From: Octopus vulgaris
Taxonomy: Eukaryota
Assembly (NCBI GenBank): GCA_951406725.2
Contig: OX597823.1
Span: 26,908,001 to 26,972,000, forward strand
Length of the DNA: 64,000 nucleotides
Direction of reading: 5' to 3'
Shown: in pieces, positions 39,522 to 52,190 of the stretch
Layout: the number at the start of each line of letters is the position of its first letter
Position numbering within the stretch: the stretch's first letter is position 1
Made by a program: the position numbers and the translations under genes
The notes under the pieces: generated by a model
What the model saw: the letters and a program-made list of their open reading frames with translations, nothing else
Databases searched by the model: none
What the model was told of the DNA's origin: nothing

Positions 39522-40170
39522 CACAACGTAACAATTTTCAAAAAAGAATTTGTTTATTGTATTTTTTTTATTGTTTATCAATCCATTTTTTCTGCTGATT
39601 ACAAAAAGGAAATTATTTTTTGTGTATCATCAACAGTTAAAAAAATATGTCGATTTTCAATGTTATTATATATTCGGTATTGTTATAATGTTCCGATACT
39701 AAATGTTTGTCTAATTTTCTCTTTCAATCCAATTACTAATTTCTGCTACTTTCAGGATGGCTACTAGACTATGTAAAAATTCTCCAGATACATTTTGCTG
39801 TGTGTGGTTAGTATATTGGAAAAAAGCAGGTATTACCTAAGATCGTGAAAGATGCCAAATTGTGGATAGTGTACATATAATATGTGGAAGCTGTCGATCT
39901 ACTCTAGAAGGATGGTTAAGAGGTACAGGAAGGTCAATGCCTTTTGCCATTCCAAGGGTATGGAGAGAGCCAAAGAACCATCACGTTGAGTGTTACTTTT
40001 GTATGATCGATGTGACAAAGTACAGAAAAGTGAAAGGAAGACAAGCTCTTCAGTACCCAGACATACCATCATCTAGAACACCTGTACACATGATGGCAGT
40101 TTACGAGTGCCACTACCACCAGAAAATATTTCATCTGAAGAGTCAACAAGTAGCAGCAGCCAAGAAATGG
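39522..40170 (+). mobile_element. 5' part of a Chapaev3-like (CMC) DNA transposon
   Basis: CAC..GTAACAATTTT terminus-like start. MATRLCKNSPDTFC.VCG, HIICGSCRSTLEGWLRG..RSMPFAIPRVWREPKNHHVECYFC, YPDIPSSRTPV. Family assignment is from recall. Confidence 0.7.
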
Positions 40171-41762
40171 AGGATCTTTGCATTTCTATTTTCGACAATG
40201 CCTTCAGGTTTGTGGTCGTACCAATTGTTTTGCTCTGTCAAGTCCATACTTTTTGCAAAGTGTCCAATGGATAAGTCTGGCTATACTGTCGTGGCGTCTC
40301 TTATATTCTTTCTGGGCTAGTGGCGTACATTGGCTGCTAATATGCCATACGGTTTCACTGTTTTGTCCACAGATTCTACACTTATCACTTTCTGATGTGC
40401 TGTCTACTCTGTATTTTATGTAGTTTGTTCTTAGTTCTTGCTCTTGGGCAGCACAGATTAGAGCCTCCGTTTCATGTTTTAAATCACTTTTAGTCATCCA
40501 CAGCCATCTTTTTTCTCTGTCTGTCTTATCTTCAACATCCCTATGAAATTATCCATGCATTCTTTTCTTTACCCACCTATTTTCAGTATCTTGTATAGTG
40601 CTTTATCTATGAAATCTTTCATCTTACACAAGCCTGACCTTGTAACTTCTAGTAGTAGCGGTTCCGTCGCATTTTTACATCCCATACTATGTTGTTTTCT
40701 CCTGCTCTAATGCTGTATTCGCATCCAATAAGTCTTCTTCCCCCTCATTTTCTTGGTACATACAGTCTGTCTGTGTCATATTTGGCTGGAGTGCCCCATA
40801 TCTAGTTAGCAACTTGTCTTTCTGTCTAGGCTGTTTAGTTCGTCTACTGTCCATGCGATTACCCCTGCTCCATATCTAAGGAGTGAAACCGCCCAGATGT
40901 TGATAGCTTCGATCTTATTCCGTCCGTTTAATTTCGACTTAAGAATCAGTCTCAGTCTGTGCAAGTACTCCACCTTAAATTTTTCTGTCATTTCTTTCTC
41001 CCCCAATTTATCCATTTCCAAAACCTCCAAATACTTACAGCTCGTCTCTTCTATCTGCTCATAACCTCCCCCGACGGTATCGTTAGTCCGTCCATACATT
41101 TGATTTTGCCTCTCTTCGATACTAACACATCACGCTTTCTCAGTCCCAACTCCATATCAGCACTGAAGATATACACCGTATCAACGAAGGAACTGACATG
41201 GGGTTCATCGTTACGTTACCATAAAGTATGAGGTCATCCATGAATAACAAATGATTGACTTTTTGTTGGCGGCTTTTGAATACATACCCAGTTTTTGCTT
41301 TCCTCAGAATCAGTGTTAGTTTTATCAAGCACAGTAAAAAGATCAGTGGGGTCAGAAGTTGTCCCTCCTAATTTCTACTGTCCCTAAACTTCTTCCGTAT
41401 GCTCCAATTCGCCATACTTTTTCCAAGCAATCGCTCAACATTTGATGCAATCCCAAACAGGTTCATACACTCCATAATCCAAGATTGTGGGATCATATCG
41501 AATGCCTTATGATAGTCGATCCATGAAATGGCTAAGATACTTTTCCTCCTCTTGCAGTCTCTGAGTACAGTTTTATCTATCAGGAGTTGATTCTTGGTAC
41601 TTCTGCACTTACGCTTGCAACCCTTCTGCTCATGTGGCAGGACTCCATTTTTTTCTAGATGTTCGTACATTAACTCTGCAAGTATTCCAGTCAATAATGT
41701 CCACATAAGTGGCAAATAAGATATCGGCCTGTAATTGTCTACCGTATTGCCTTTTTCGATGT
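40170..41762 (-). mobile_element. Degenerate R4/Dong-type LINE, RT through CCHC, truncated at both ends
   Basis: [67 protein letters not shown]...ETVWHISSQC..LAQKEYKRRHD. Confidence 0.88.
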
Positions 41763-41774
41763 TTTATTATTATT

Positions 41775-41830
<56 letters not shown>

Positions 41831-41883
41831 CGTCGTCGTCGTTGTTGTTGTTGTTATTATTATTGTTATTATTATTATAATTA

Positions 41884-41960
<77 letters not shown>
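41763..41960. repeat. Compound (TTA)n/(TTG)n/(TCG)n microsatellite
   Basis: Seen directly in the sequence. Confidence 0.95.
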
Positions 41961-42256
41961 GATTTAACTCAGGTTCCGTCTTATTTCTGGTAAGTTATAT
42001 ATGGGTAGTGGGTTGCTATCTGTAATCTTAAGTAGCTAAAAGTTTTCAGCTGTCTTTCAAGTGCTTAGAAACCTCCTGATAATCCTTGCTGCCCCTAAGA
42101 GACAAACATTCTCTAGGAGCTCTACAGATCATTCTATTCCTATCTCCTTCAGCCATTTGTCTGTATCTTTACTTACTGTTCCCAACCAACCAATTATTAT
42201 AAGCGCGATCTTTACTCTTCTCAGGCTCCAAACGTTCCCTATTTCAAATTTTAGTG
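41961..42256 (-). mobile_element. 3' end of another R4/Dong-type LINE abutting (TAA)n
   Basis: Minus strand LKFEIGNVWSL..VKI..IIIGWLGTVSK...WLKEIG...LLENVCLLGAARIIRRFLST*. Confidence 0.75.
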
Positions 42257-42689
42257 ATTTACTCCAAAGCCCATGGCGGCCAAAATGATCAGAACGGTTG
42301 CATTAACTCCGTGTTTTAGCATATTTAGCCGGCGAACTCTAATGTTTTGAATTTGTTTATGTGATGGATCGTTTACTAAATATTAGTAAGAATATCTGCA
42401 GTGTACTTTGTTAATATAATGCCACTTACTCCGTTACCAATTCGTCAGCAGATTATTAAGCTTCGAATGAAGGATAATTTAAGTATTGGGTCTATTGCAA
42501 AGTCAAAAAGTGTTGTTCACGGTATTCTTTATTGTATTTATTATAAATATTGTATTTATTGCCTGTGAAAATTATAGAATATAAAACAACTTTGATAAAA
42601 ACGTATACCTACTTTTCTGGCGAAACAATGCCGTTCTGAACATTTTGGCCGCAACTGTACATTGGTAGGCCATTAAACTAAACTCATTA

Positions 42690-45600
42690 GTTCGTTCATT
42701 TTTTTTTAAAGTTAAATTAAAATACATGGGTAGTAATAGTTCTCACATCGACAATGCTCTTCTCAATACGTGTGATGTACCAGTTAAGACAATCTTTTGC
42801 ACTTCTTGCAGGGATGGTAAGCCAGGGATCATTCTCATATAATTTTCGGTTCCCTTCTTGATCATTCCTAGTGCTCCTACGATCACTGGTATTGTAACCG
42901 CCTTGAGATGCCACATTTTCTCAATTTCAATGAGCAGGTCTTTATATTTTCTGAGCTTGTCAAACTCTTTCGCCGAGATATTATGATCACAGGGGATGCT
43001 CATGTCGATCAATAAGCAAAGTTTATTGTTTTGGTCTTTCACAACAATATCTGTTTTATTGGCCTTGATGGTTCGGTCTGTATGTACTGGAAAGTCCCAC
43101 AGAATGGTTACATTTTCTCCTTCAGTTACAGCTTCAGGGTGGTGATTATACCACTTGTCGGCAGTTTTGATATTGTAATGCCGACTTATTAGCCAGTGTA
43201 GATATTGGCCAACTCTGTCATGTCTTAATTTATACTCCACTGGTGCTAAGACTTTACACCCAGAGATTAGGTGGTCCACTGTTTCAATCATGTCGTTGCA
43301 GATCGGCATTTTGGGTCTGCTCCATTTTCATCACATTGGCCTGGTAGTTCCGGGTTAATAGGCTTTGATATTGAGCAGCCAGGATGAAACCTTCGCTCTC
43401 TGCTTTTAGCCCTGAGCTCCGTAGCCACTGATGGGTTTGCTTCTGGTCAACATCAGCTTGTTTGTTACGGGCCACATATTTGCCGTGCAGAGGTTTCTCC
43501 TCCCACCTATCAGCCAATTGCTCGTGCGCTTTTTTCGTTGCCATTATTTTCACCTTCTTTGCAACAATAGTTGCCGTACTTCCCTCGGGTTGTTTAGTTT
43601 GGGTATCCTGCACGAGATCAATAGCAAATATTTTGCTTTCCTTTATGATAGAATGAAGCTTATTTCGCCTCTCGTGATTTTCCACGAGCTTTAGCATCCA
43701 GTCATTCATTATTTCAAGATATTTGGCCAGTCCAATTGTGGTTGTTTTGTAAGCTAGTTCAAATTGGATCAGGCCTCGACCTCCTTGGGCTCTGGGAAGG
43801 TAAAGGCGATCTACGTATGCCTTTGGGTGGTGCATCCTATTACAACTCAGCAGCTTGCGTATTTTCCTATCTATATTCTTTACTTCACTCATATTCCAGT
43901 TCAACACATTGTAGCTATAAGTAACAACTGGAACTGCTAAGTAATTTATAGCTAACACCTTGTTACGTGCATTTAATTCAGATTTCAGGACTGCACGAAC
44001 TCTCCTATAACATTCCTTCCTGATCTTCTCTTTCATGCTTGCATGCTGAATACCAGAGCCTTCATCTATCCCTAAATATTTGTATGTTTGTTCTTGCTCA
44101 AGCTCTCTTATGACTGTGTCAACATCTAACACGACTGAATTTGTGGTCTTCACTTTCCCTTTCTGGAAAGTGGCCTTGGCACACTTCTCAAGCCCCAACT
44201 CCATCCCGATGTCATCGCTGAATGCTTTCACAGTGCGCAATAGGCCTTCAAGTTCATTATCGTTTTTACCATAGAGTTTTAAGTCATCCATATAAAATAG
44301 ATGGCTTATTTTTTTATTGGCAATTTTATACCCATACCCTGTTCTGTTTAATTCACTTGTAAGGGGTATTAGGGCTATGCAGAATATTAAATGTGGAAGT
44401 GAGTCACCTTGAAAAATTCCCCAGTTGATGTTTATATTTTCTGAGGCAAGTACTCCATTAGAGTGGTATAATTGGAGATTCGTATTCCACAACGACATAT
44501 TGTGCTTCAGGAAGCTTGAAATCACAGGGGAAATTTTGAAGATGTCCAGCGACCTCAAGATCCATGGATGCGGTATACTGTCGAAGGCCTTTTTATAGTC
44601 AATCCATGCGGAGCTGAGATTTCTGCGCTTGTTGTGACAGTTCTCAAGGACCATACGATTAATTAGCAGTTGATCTTTGCATCCGTATGAGCCTCGGCGG
44701 CACCCTTTTTGTTCAATGGGGAAAATATCGTTCTTCTCCATGAATGCATATGTTTTCTCCGCCAGGATCGCTGTTAGGATTTTATACATTCAGGTGTTTT
44801 CTTTGGGTCTCGTATAATTCCATTGAGCAGCTGAACTAGCTTACCGTGTGCGCATGGGAGCGATGCGAGCCAGAAATTCGGCACCCTATCTTTACCGGGG
44901 GATTTCCAGTTATGGGCCTTCGTGAGTGCCTTTCTTAAGTCTGCTATTGTGATGTCTTCCCATGCTTGTTGTAAATTTTGGTAGGATCCTTCTGTTTGTA
45001 TAATCCAGTCTGCATTTATGTTGTACGTCTTCTTGTCACTCCAAATCCTTTTCCAAAAGTTTTGAACTTCTTCCATGGAGGGGGATCTTTAACGGTTACT
45101 TTCTCCTTCCCTATTCCTCTGTAGAATTTTTTGGCATTGGATGTGAACAGCTTATTTTGCTTGTAAAACTTGTTTCTCTTCTCAAATATTCTTATTCTTT
45201 GGGCTTTTGCTTGGACTTTTTGTTTCAGCGTTTCTTTTATTGATATCAGTTCTTCTCTTGGTGAGGATCTTCATCTTTCTTCCTGTTCTGGATCTTACAT
45301 CATTTCCACATATTAGTTCATTTAATATTGATATTTCCCCTCTCATAAATTCAATCTCTTTTTCAATTTTACTTCTCCAGGTTTGATTTCTTCCCAGGTT
45401 TGGTTTTCTTTGTTTTTTCGGGGGCATACAGCTGGTTTCAATTGCCCTAGCAGAAGCGTAAATAATTTCATTTAACTCAGTAAAATCAGGTTTTAATTCT
45501 CGTATTATTTCATTTGTTACATAGTTGCCAATTTGGATTTGTTTTTTACTTTGGTTTGTATTTGAGAGTTTATGAAGTGGTTCTCTATCATTCATACTTG

Positions 45601-45940
45601 TATGTCTTACAACTTCAAGCATATTCAGGATTTTCTGCCTCATTTCTGCCATAGACTCTCTGTGTTCTTCAGCAAATGCGAGATGTCCGTATTCGGAGAA
45701 GGGTTTGTGCCAGTTGATGACTTTTCGATCCCAGGCTGGCTCTTCCCTGGGAGACGCGCTTCCAGATTAACCATAGGACAAGCGATTTGGTATACTGATT
45801 TAGTTTTCCTTTTAGTTTCCAAAAACATTTTGGTGCTACGATAATGTTATCAATTTTGAGCTTTGATTGGCTCGTGGGGAGACGGCCATCATTGCCGTTA
45901 AAATTATAATCGTACCGTTATAGCAGCCGTAGTCGGCTTA
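42690..45940 (-). mobile_element. Young, near-full-length R4/Dong-clade LINE (RT, CCHC finger, restriction-like endonuclease); ORF broken by frameshifts and a deletion near 44790
   Basis: 501-aa open segment with EQKGCRRGSYGCKDQLLIN, WIDYKKAFDSIPH, GIFQGDSL, HLFYMDDLKLY, YKYLGI, RLYLPRAQGGRGL. Then ICNDMIETVDHLISGC..RHD, WDF..TD..I.AN.TDIV, LIDMSIP.D.NI..KE..K..KY.DL. Stop at 42743. Element ends are approximate. Confidence 0.93.
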
Positions 45941-46044
45941 TTATTGTTATTATCATCACCATTATTATCACTATTATCATTATCACCACTATTACTATCA
46001 TCATTATCATCATCACCATCATCATCATCATCATCATCATCATT

Positions 46045-46081
<37 letters not shown>

Positions 46082-47101
46082 ATGATATTGTTTTATGTGT
46101 AGTCACAGAAGTATCTCATTATTGTTATTTTTGTTTTGATCATTATCACCATCACAGTAGTGTCTGTCTGTCTCGTTGGCTGGCTGTCTTCAACGCCAGA
46201 ATTCTTGCCTGTCAAATAATACTTTCATATTTGGTTAACATCTAAAGAGCCGAGGTGAGGTTTGTGTTGGCTGAACTCTGTGAGTGTGTGTGTGTGTGTA
46301 CGTGTGTGTAGATAGATAGATAGATGATCAGCTCTATTACTATCATTATTATCACCATCACCATCAGCACCATCATAATCAGTGATATTTTCCCCTTTTT
46401 TTCCTTTTTTTCTTCTTTTTTTTTGGTGTGGTCCTATCGGTCAAAAAAAGTTCAAATGTCTACTACTACTTAGGAAAGGACTGTTCTGTATTGTTTGTGA
46501 ATAGAGAAGTTGTGTTCGACCAGAGAGAATCTTAGCATCATTATTCTTTTTCCATGTGCGTTTGTGTTATTGCAATAAAAAGTGTTTGTATATTTCGTGT
46601 AAGGTAATATTTTGGAGGTTGAAGTTGACTTTTCTAGAGATGTTTGTATGTCCAGTTAGAAGAACAGGTGTGTTTTTGCAATAAAAAGTATATGTTTACA
46701 TTTATATTTGAATATTCAGGGAGGAAGCAAAGAAAAGTCAGATTTTCATAGAAAGTTTTAAGGTTTTAAGATAGTCTTTTGTAAGTCCACAAAAAGAAAA
46801 GCGTGATGTTTTTAGAGAGAAGAAAAAAAGGATGTTTACAGAGGCAATTGTGGGTATTAAAGTTTTTAAAGCTGTTCGGATGTATGTTTGAAAACTGTAG
46901 ATATGTAAATTTGTAAATTTCTTAACTTATTTTGAAGAGAATTTTAAATACTCACAAGATATTGTAGATGTTCCAGTCTTTGAGAGTTATTTTTCCCCGT
47001 TGCTAAACTGGGTCATATTAGTGTTTCTATGGCTTTCGGCTACTGAATTGTCAGAGTAGTGAGGAATACGTCCAGCCGCTGTCAAGTCTGGCGCTCCTTA
47101 T

Positions 47102-47132
<31 letters not shown>

Positions 47133-47148
47133 TTATTATTATTATTAC

Positions 47149-47200
<52 letters not shown>

Positions 47201-47943
47201 TGACAAGCGTATTTTATTGCATACTTTCACTACGTAATCAATTACAGTATTATGCTTTATCATTACATGCAATGCTAGTTTTGCGTTTTCAAGGGTACAG
47301 AAAGTGAACTAGGTAACATGTGAACTATATAGGTAGTGATAAAATAGTATATAATAGACAATAGAGAGTATACATATACTGCATCATTAAAAACAATTAT
47401 GTTTCTACTGTTACATAATCTAGAATGAAACCTCAGTACTGCTTGCAGCATTGTGCTGCGAAATAAAATCTCTTAATACCAGCTAAGCTTACCCCACATT
47501 CCAGTTAAAACTTGTGATATATCTTGTCTAACAGAACTTTGGTTGAAACATTTATGTTTAAGAGTTGTCAACAATCTCGATCTTTTGATATTTATATACA
47601 CAGATAGTTTATTATGTCTTATCATGACTGATATAGTCAGGTAAGATTTACTGTCTGCTTGCTTTTAAGCTACACGCATTTTGCACAATATCTATCGTCT
47701 GCTTCTTTGAAATCATACTGGCAGTTTATTAGAGTTGTTGCTCTCGAGAATACAATATATGTAAATATAATTTCGAAATGTGTGTACATCTGCAGCGAAG
47801 CAGAATGATATGTGACGTGTGTGCGTGTGTGCATGTATATATGTATATGTAATATGTATATGGAAAAAAATATATATACATTCATATATATATGTGTGTA
47901 TCTATCACTATTTATATATGTATACATATATACATACATGTAT

Positions 47944-48009
<66 letters not shown>

Positions 48010-48139
48010 TAACCGTGAGTTTAACGAAATATATTTTCTAGTAGTTTGTTGAACCCACGGTCATGAATAAAAATTATACATACATACATACATACATACA
48101 TACATACATACATACATACATACGTACAAACACACATAA

Positions 48140-48730
48140 CTGCCTTTGCAATATTTAGTTGCATCACTTTACATTTTGAGTTCAAACTCCGCCGATATCA
48201 ACTTTGCCTTTCATCCTTTCGTGCTCAATAAATATAGTCCCAGTCAACTACTAACATCAACACAATCGACTTATATTGCTGGCCATGAATCAAGAAGTTG
48301 AAAGAATTATGAATGGTGATGAACTGGTAGATTCATTTGCGCATTGCACAAAACGCTTTGAGGCATTACTTCCGAGTTGACCTTGCTCCAACGTCAAATT
48401 TACTTTTCAAATTTTCGGGTCCATTAAGTAAGTACCAGTTGTGTGTTGGGGGCAATGTAATCAACTCATTTCCTCTCCTCAAAATTGCTAACCCTGTGCC
48501 AAAATCTTGAAAGAGGTGGCAGAATCGTAAGTTCGTCGGACAAAATACTTTGTGGAATTTATCCCAGCTCCTTATGTTCTGAGTTCAAATCCTGTGAAGG
48601 TCGATTTTACTTTCCATCCTTCAGAGGCCGACAAAATAAGTACTATTTGGGCACTGGAATCGTTGTAATCGGCTTACATTCAACCACCAAATGGCCGGCC
48701 TTGTGCTTAAAATTTGAAACTATGAAATAA
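48140..48730 (+). mobile_element. Cluster of degenerate Nin-like SINE copies
   Basis: Repeated gagttcaaa..c and tttgcctttcatcctttc / aagtaccag motifs. Confidence 0.6.
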
Positions 48731-48740
48731 TGTGCCATAT

Positions 48741-48837
<97 letters not shown>

Positions 48838-48884
48838 CACCACAACCACCATTACTACTGCTATTACTATCATTATCATTATTG

Positions 48885-51510
48885 AAGACTATAGGGACCA
48901 GATTAATGGACTAGTTAAGCGGCAGTTGACGGGGGCAATCATCAATAACCGGTGCACAGAATCGCAACGTTTAGCAAAGAGTTAGCAATACAAAGGAATA
49001 GATCAGAGGGTGAACTAGTTAGCAAATTAGGAGAAGCGATTAAAAACAGTATTGCGACCGATATGTTAACGGTGAGAATGACCATTGACCAGTTCTTAGA
49101 AGCAAAACACACAGGTTGCGTTGTCAGAGCTAAAGCCCGTGCGTTCAAACAGGAAGGAACTAAAGCTGTCCTATGGGCCCGAACGTGGAGACACGACGTA
49201 GAAACAAAACCATGATGAAGTATTTGAAGGATTGGGAAGGGCGCGCTCGTGCTACGCGGCTCCCAGCAGATGTGTGCGGCTTTTCAGCAGCACTTCGTGC
49301 AGCTGTTTGAAGAGGGCTATGTGTCGACGACGGTTCTGGACTTTAGTTCCTACCTGGACTGCTTACCGCGGTTCTCGGCGGTTGATGCGGGCTTATGTGG
49401 AAGGCCGATAACAGCTGCTGAAATTTGGGAGGAGATGAGCGATTGTACAAGTCGCAAATCGCCTGGTTTGGATGGGCTGCTCTATGAATTCTATGTATTC
49501 ATGCCAGTTTTGTTTGGCGACCTCTTGGCAGACGTCTGCTGGCAACAGAGCGGGAGAATTCCTAGTGCTATTAGGAAAGATGTGGTGACGCTGCTGAGGA
49601 AAGACGCCGATGATGGGAACGTACTAGAGAATTTTCGGCCCATAACTCTGCTAAACACAGTTTACGGTTTTGGCCAAAGTGTTAGCGAAAAGGCTGCCGT
49701 TTGTCGTCGGTATCCTGGTCGGCGAAGCGCAACGTACGCAATCCTGAGAAGGTCTATCCACGACAACATCCACCTTATGCAATACATCATAGAGAGGGCT
49801 GGAACCAAAGCTGAATTTGGGGACGCTCTGACCAATTTAGATCAATCGAAAGCATTCGATAGGGTCGACCATCGTCACTTGGAAACCGTCTTTTGAGCTG
49901 GCGGTTTCGCACCCATTTTCAGAGGTTGAATCACTGCAATGCACAGCGGCATCTGTTCAGTGGTCAATATAAACGGCCACCTATCCGAGCCGTTTGGTAT
50001 CGCACGCTCGGTCCATCAATACTGCACGGACAACGTCACCGTCATGGTGTTGGATACCTCTCAAGTGGAGACAGTCGGCACTATCCTAAAGGAATGAGTT
50101 GGCTGCAGGGGCTAAAATCAACTCCGACAAATCGGTGAGTTTGCGGTTGGGTTCCTAGAGAGGCAGGACTAGTTAAACAGATCGGACTAGTTTAATTGAT
50201 TGATAAGAACTAGGATGAGGTGGCGAACAGAGTGGCCAGTCTTACCCAGGAATGGGCTGAGAGGAAGCTGTCTCTGAAAGTCGAGCAAAGGTGGTGGATG
50301 CTTACATCGCCTCCGTTATCTTTTATCGCCGGACCGTCATACCTTGTTCCATTACTACTTGACCAGGTTGGAGCGCCTCTTATCTAAATTCTTGTGGAAG
50401 GGACACGTTCCAATGGTCAGGCAGCCAGTCTATTGCCAGCATCTTCTGAGTGGCAAATTAGGTATGCTGTGGCTCCACTAGACGGTGAGCATGTATGGGC
50501 TCCGTTTGTGAGGCTCGTCTTTTCGCAGTTCGTCTTCTTGACGGAGCTGCAGTCCTACATGAAGAAAAGACCGAGAATGGGCACCTGGTACCTAGAATGA
50601 CGTCAGGCATTCACAGCACTCTACCAGTCGGGCAATGGGAACGGTGGATGTTCAGCTTTATGAATTTATAGAGGATTAGTGGCAGGGAAGTATGACGATG
50701 TTCTCGGGAAGACTCTGGACGCCGACGAGAACGAACTGGCTAGTCTGTTCCGGAGGAACTATCGTGGATAATTTCTAGATGTCCTTGACCCGGCAGTGCT
50801 ACCGGGCGGCGCTACCAGTTTGAGATAAGCACTACAGGCATAGACGTGCTGTCAGACGGACTTGTCCAAGGTGCGTGCAGAGTGACTAAACCGTTCTGCA
50901 CGCCCTCGTTCAATATCCGGGCATTGCTGAATTATGGGGTTGTGTTGAACAGATGCTGTCACGTGTGGGATGGATCAGTCTGTCTGCCGAGTATGTAGTG
51001 ATGATTGCACCGTCGCCCTCCGTCAATCGCGCAGGTAAGGCAGTTTTCCTTTGCCTGGTGGCTGTGGCGAAAGAAGTTGTTTGGTGGACAGGTCTGAAAG
51101 CCATGAGGACAGAAACATTCCCCTTTTGTAGAGCTCTCATTGACTTCTTCAAGTTTCAGTTGAAAAGGAAATTGAGAGTGGAGAGTGCCGTCCTCGTGTG
51201 AATTTATTGAAAGGTAAGTGTAAGTTGCTAAAATGACATGAGTGGATGGTACCTCTCTAAGTGTAGACCTGTGAACCGGAAAGAAGGAATTGGAGAGGGG
51301 TCTTGCTCATAGGGTTTTAGGGATATCACAGACAGTAGAGTTCCTCAATTATCCCTAGAGACATTCCTGTATGCTGAGGGCCACATCTCTATCATCCTCC
51401 CCGCCACTTTTTAAACTTTTGTACGCTATGCATATGTCCCTTCTTTTTCAGTGTATACCGTGTATACTTACTTCCTGTTTTCCTTTTTTCTTAACATCTC
51501 ATTATATTTC
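48885..51510 (+). mobile_element. Second, older 5'-truncated Tx1/L1-clade LINE related to 24263-27193
   Basis: KSPGLDGL.YEFY, NFRPITLLNT, NLDQSKAFDRVDH, RKLSLK; C-terminal AKEVVWWT..K. Many stops; 3' end approximate. Confidence 0.85.
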
Positions 51511-51514
51511 TACT

Positions 51515-51671
51515 GTCTATCAAGTCACAGCAAGGACACCATTCAGACTCTACTTTATGCAGTATGCGTACAGTTCCGACCCGAGTAAAGCCGAGTTTTG
51601 CAAAACACCAAGATTTCTAAAGTGTCCAAATATTTCTTCAGGGTGGCATTGAACCCAATCCTCCTCCGACA

Positions 51672-51672
<1 letters not shown>
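51515..51672 (-). mobile_element. 3'-terminal fragment of an R4/Dong LINE (same subfamily as 34617-36072)
   Basis: Minus strand ttttgcaaaactcggctttactcgg..gtacgcatactgcataaagta..gtccttgctgtgacttga matches 35918-35988. Confidence 0.7.
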
Positions 51673-51702
<30 letters not shown>

Positions 51703-51731
51703 CTTCTTCTTCTTCTTCTTCTTCTTCTTCT

Positions 51732-51790
<59 letters not shown>

Positions 51791-51791
51791 T

Positions 51792-51838
<47 letters not shown>

Positions 51839-51898
51839 TTCTTCTTCTTCTTCTTCTTCTTCTTCTTCTTCTTCTTCTTCTTCTTCTTCTTCTTCTTG
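51673..51898. repeat. (CTT)n microsatellite
   Basis: Seen directly in the sequence. Confidence 0.95.
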
Positions 51899-52190
51899 AC
51901 CCAGGATTGATCTTAGTCCTGGCAGAATTTATGTGGATAGCGAGTTCCTACCTGTAACCTTAGATATTAACATGATTTCAATAAAAGTTCGGCTGCTCAA
52001 AGCCGTTCTGACGATGTTCCCTGTTCCTGAGAGGCACCTTCTGTAAAATCTCTATAGGGTAAGCCATTCCATTCTCCTATGTCCATTTGTCTATTTCACC
52101 ACTCAAAATCCCAAATGCACCAATTATCACGGGCATAGATTTCATGTTCCAAATCCTCGCAATCTTAAATCCAATTAAATGTGGCATTCA
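51899..52190 (-). mobile_element. 3' end of another R4/Dong LINE abutting (GAA)n
   Basis: Minus strand FKIARIWNMKSMPVIIGAFGILS.EIDKW....YPIEILQK. Confidence 0.65.

Noticed and set aside
41630-41993. Poly-Thr/Val/Ile/Cys ORFs (also poly-Leu 51598-51957, poly-Met 45918-46106, poly-Val 48643-48879)
   Set aside because: Trinucleotide microsatellites.
46410-47095. Strand-skewed block with a poly-T end, possibly an old minus-strand LINE 3' end
   Set aside because: No diagnostic protein motif could be read with confidence.
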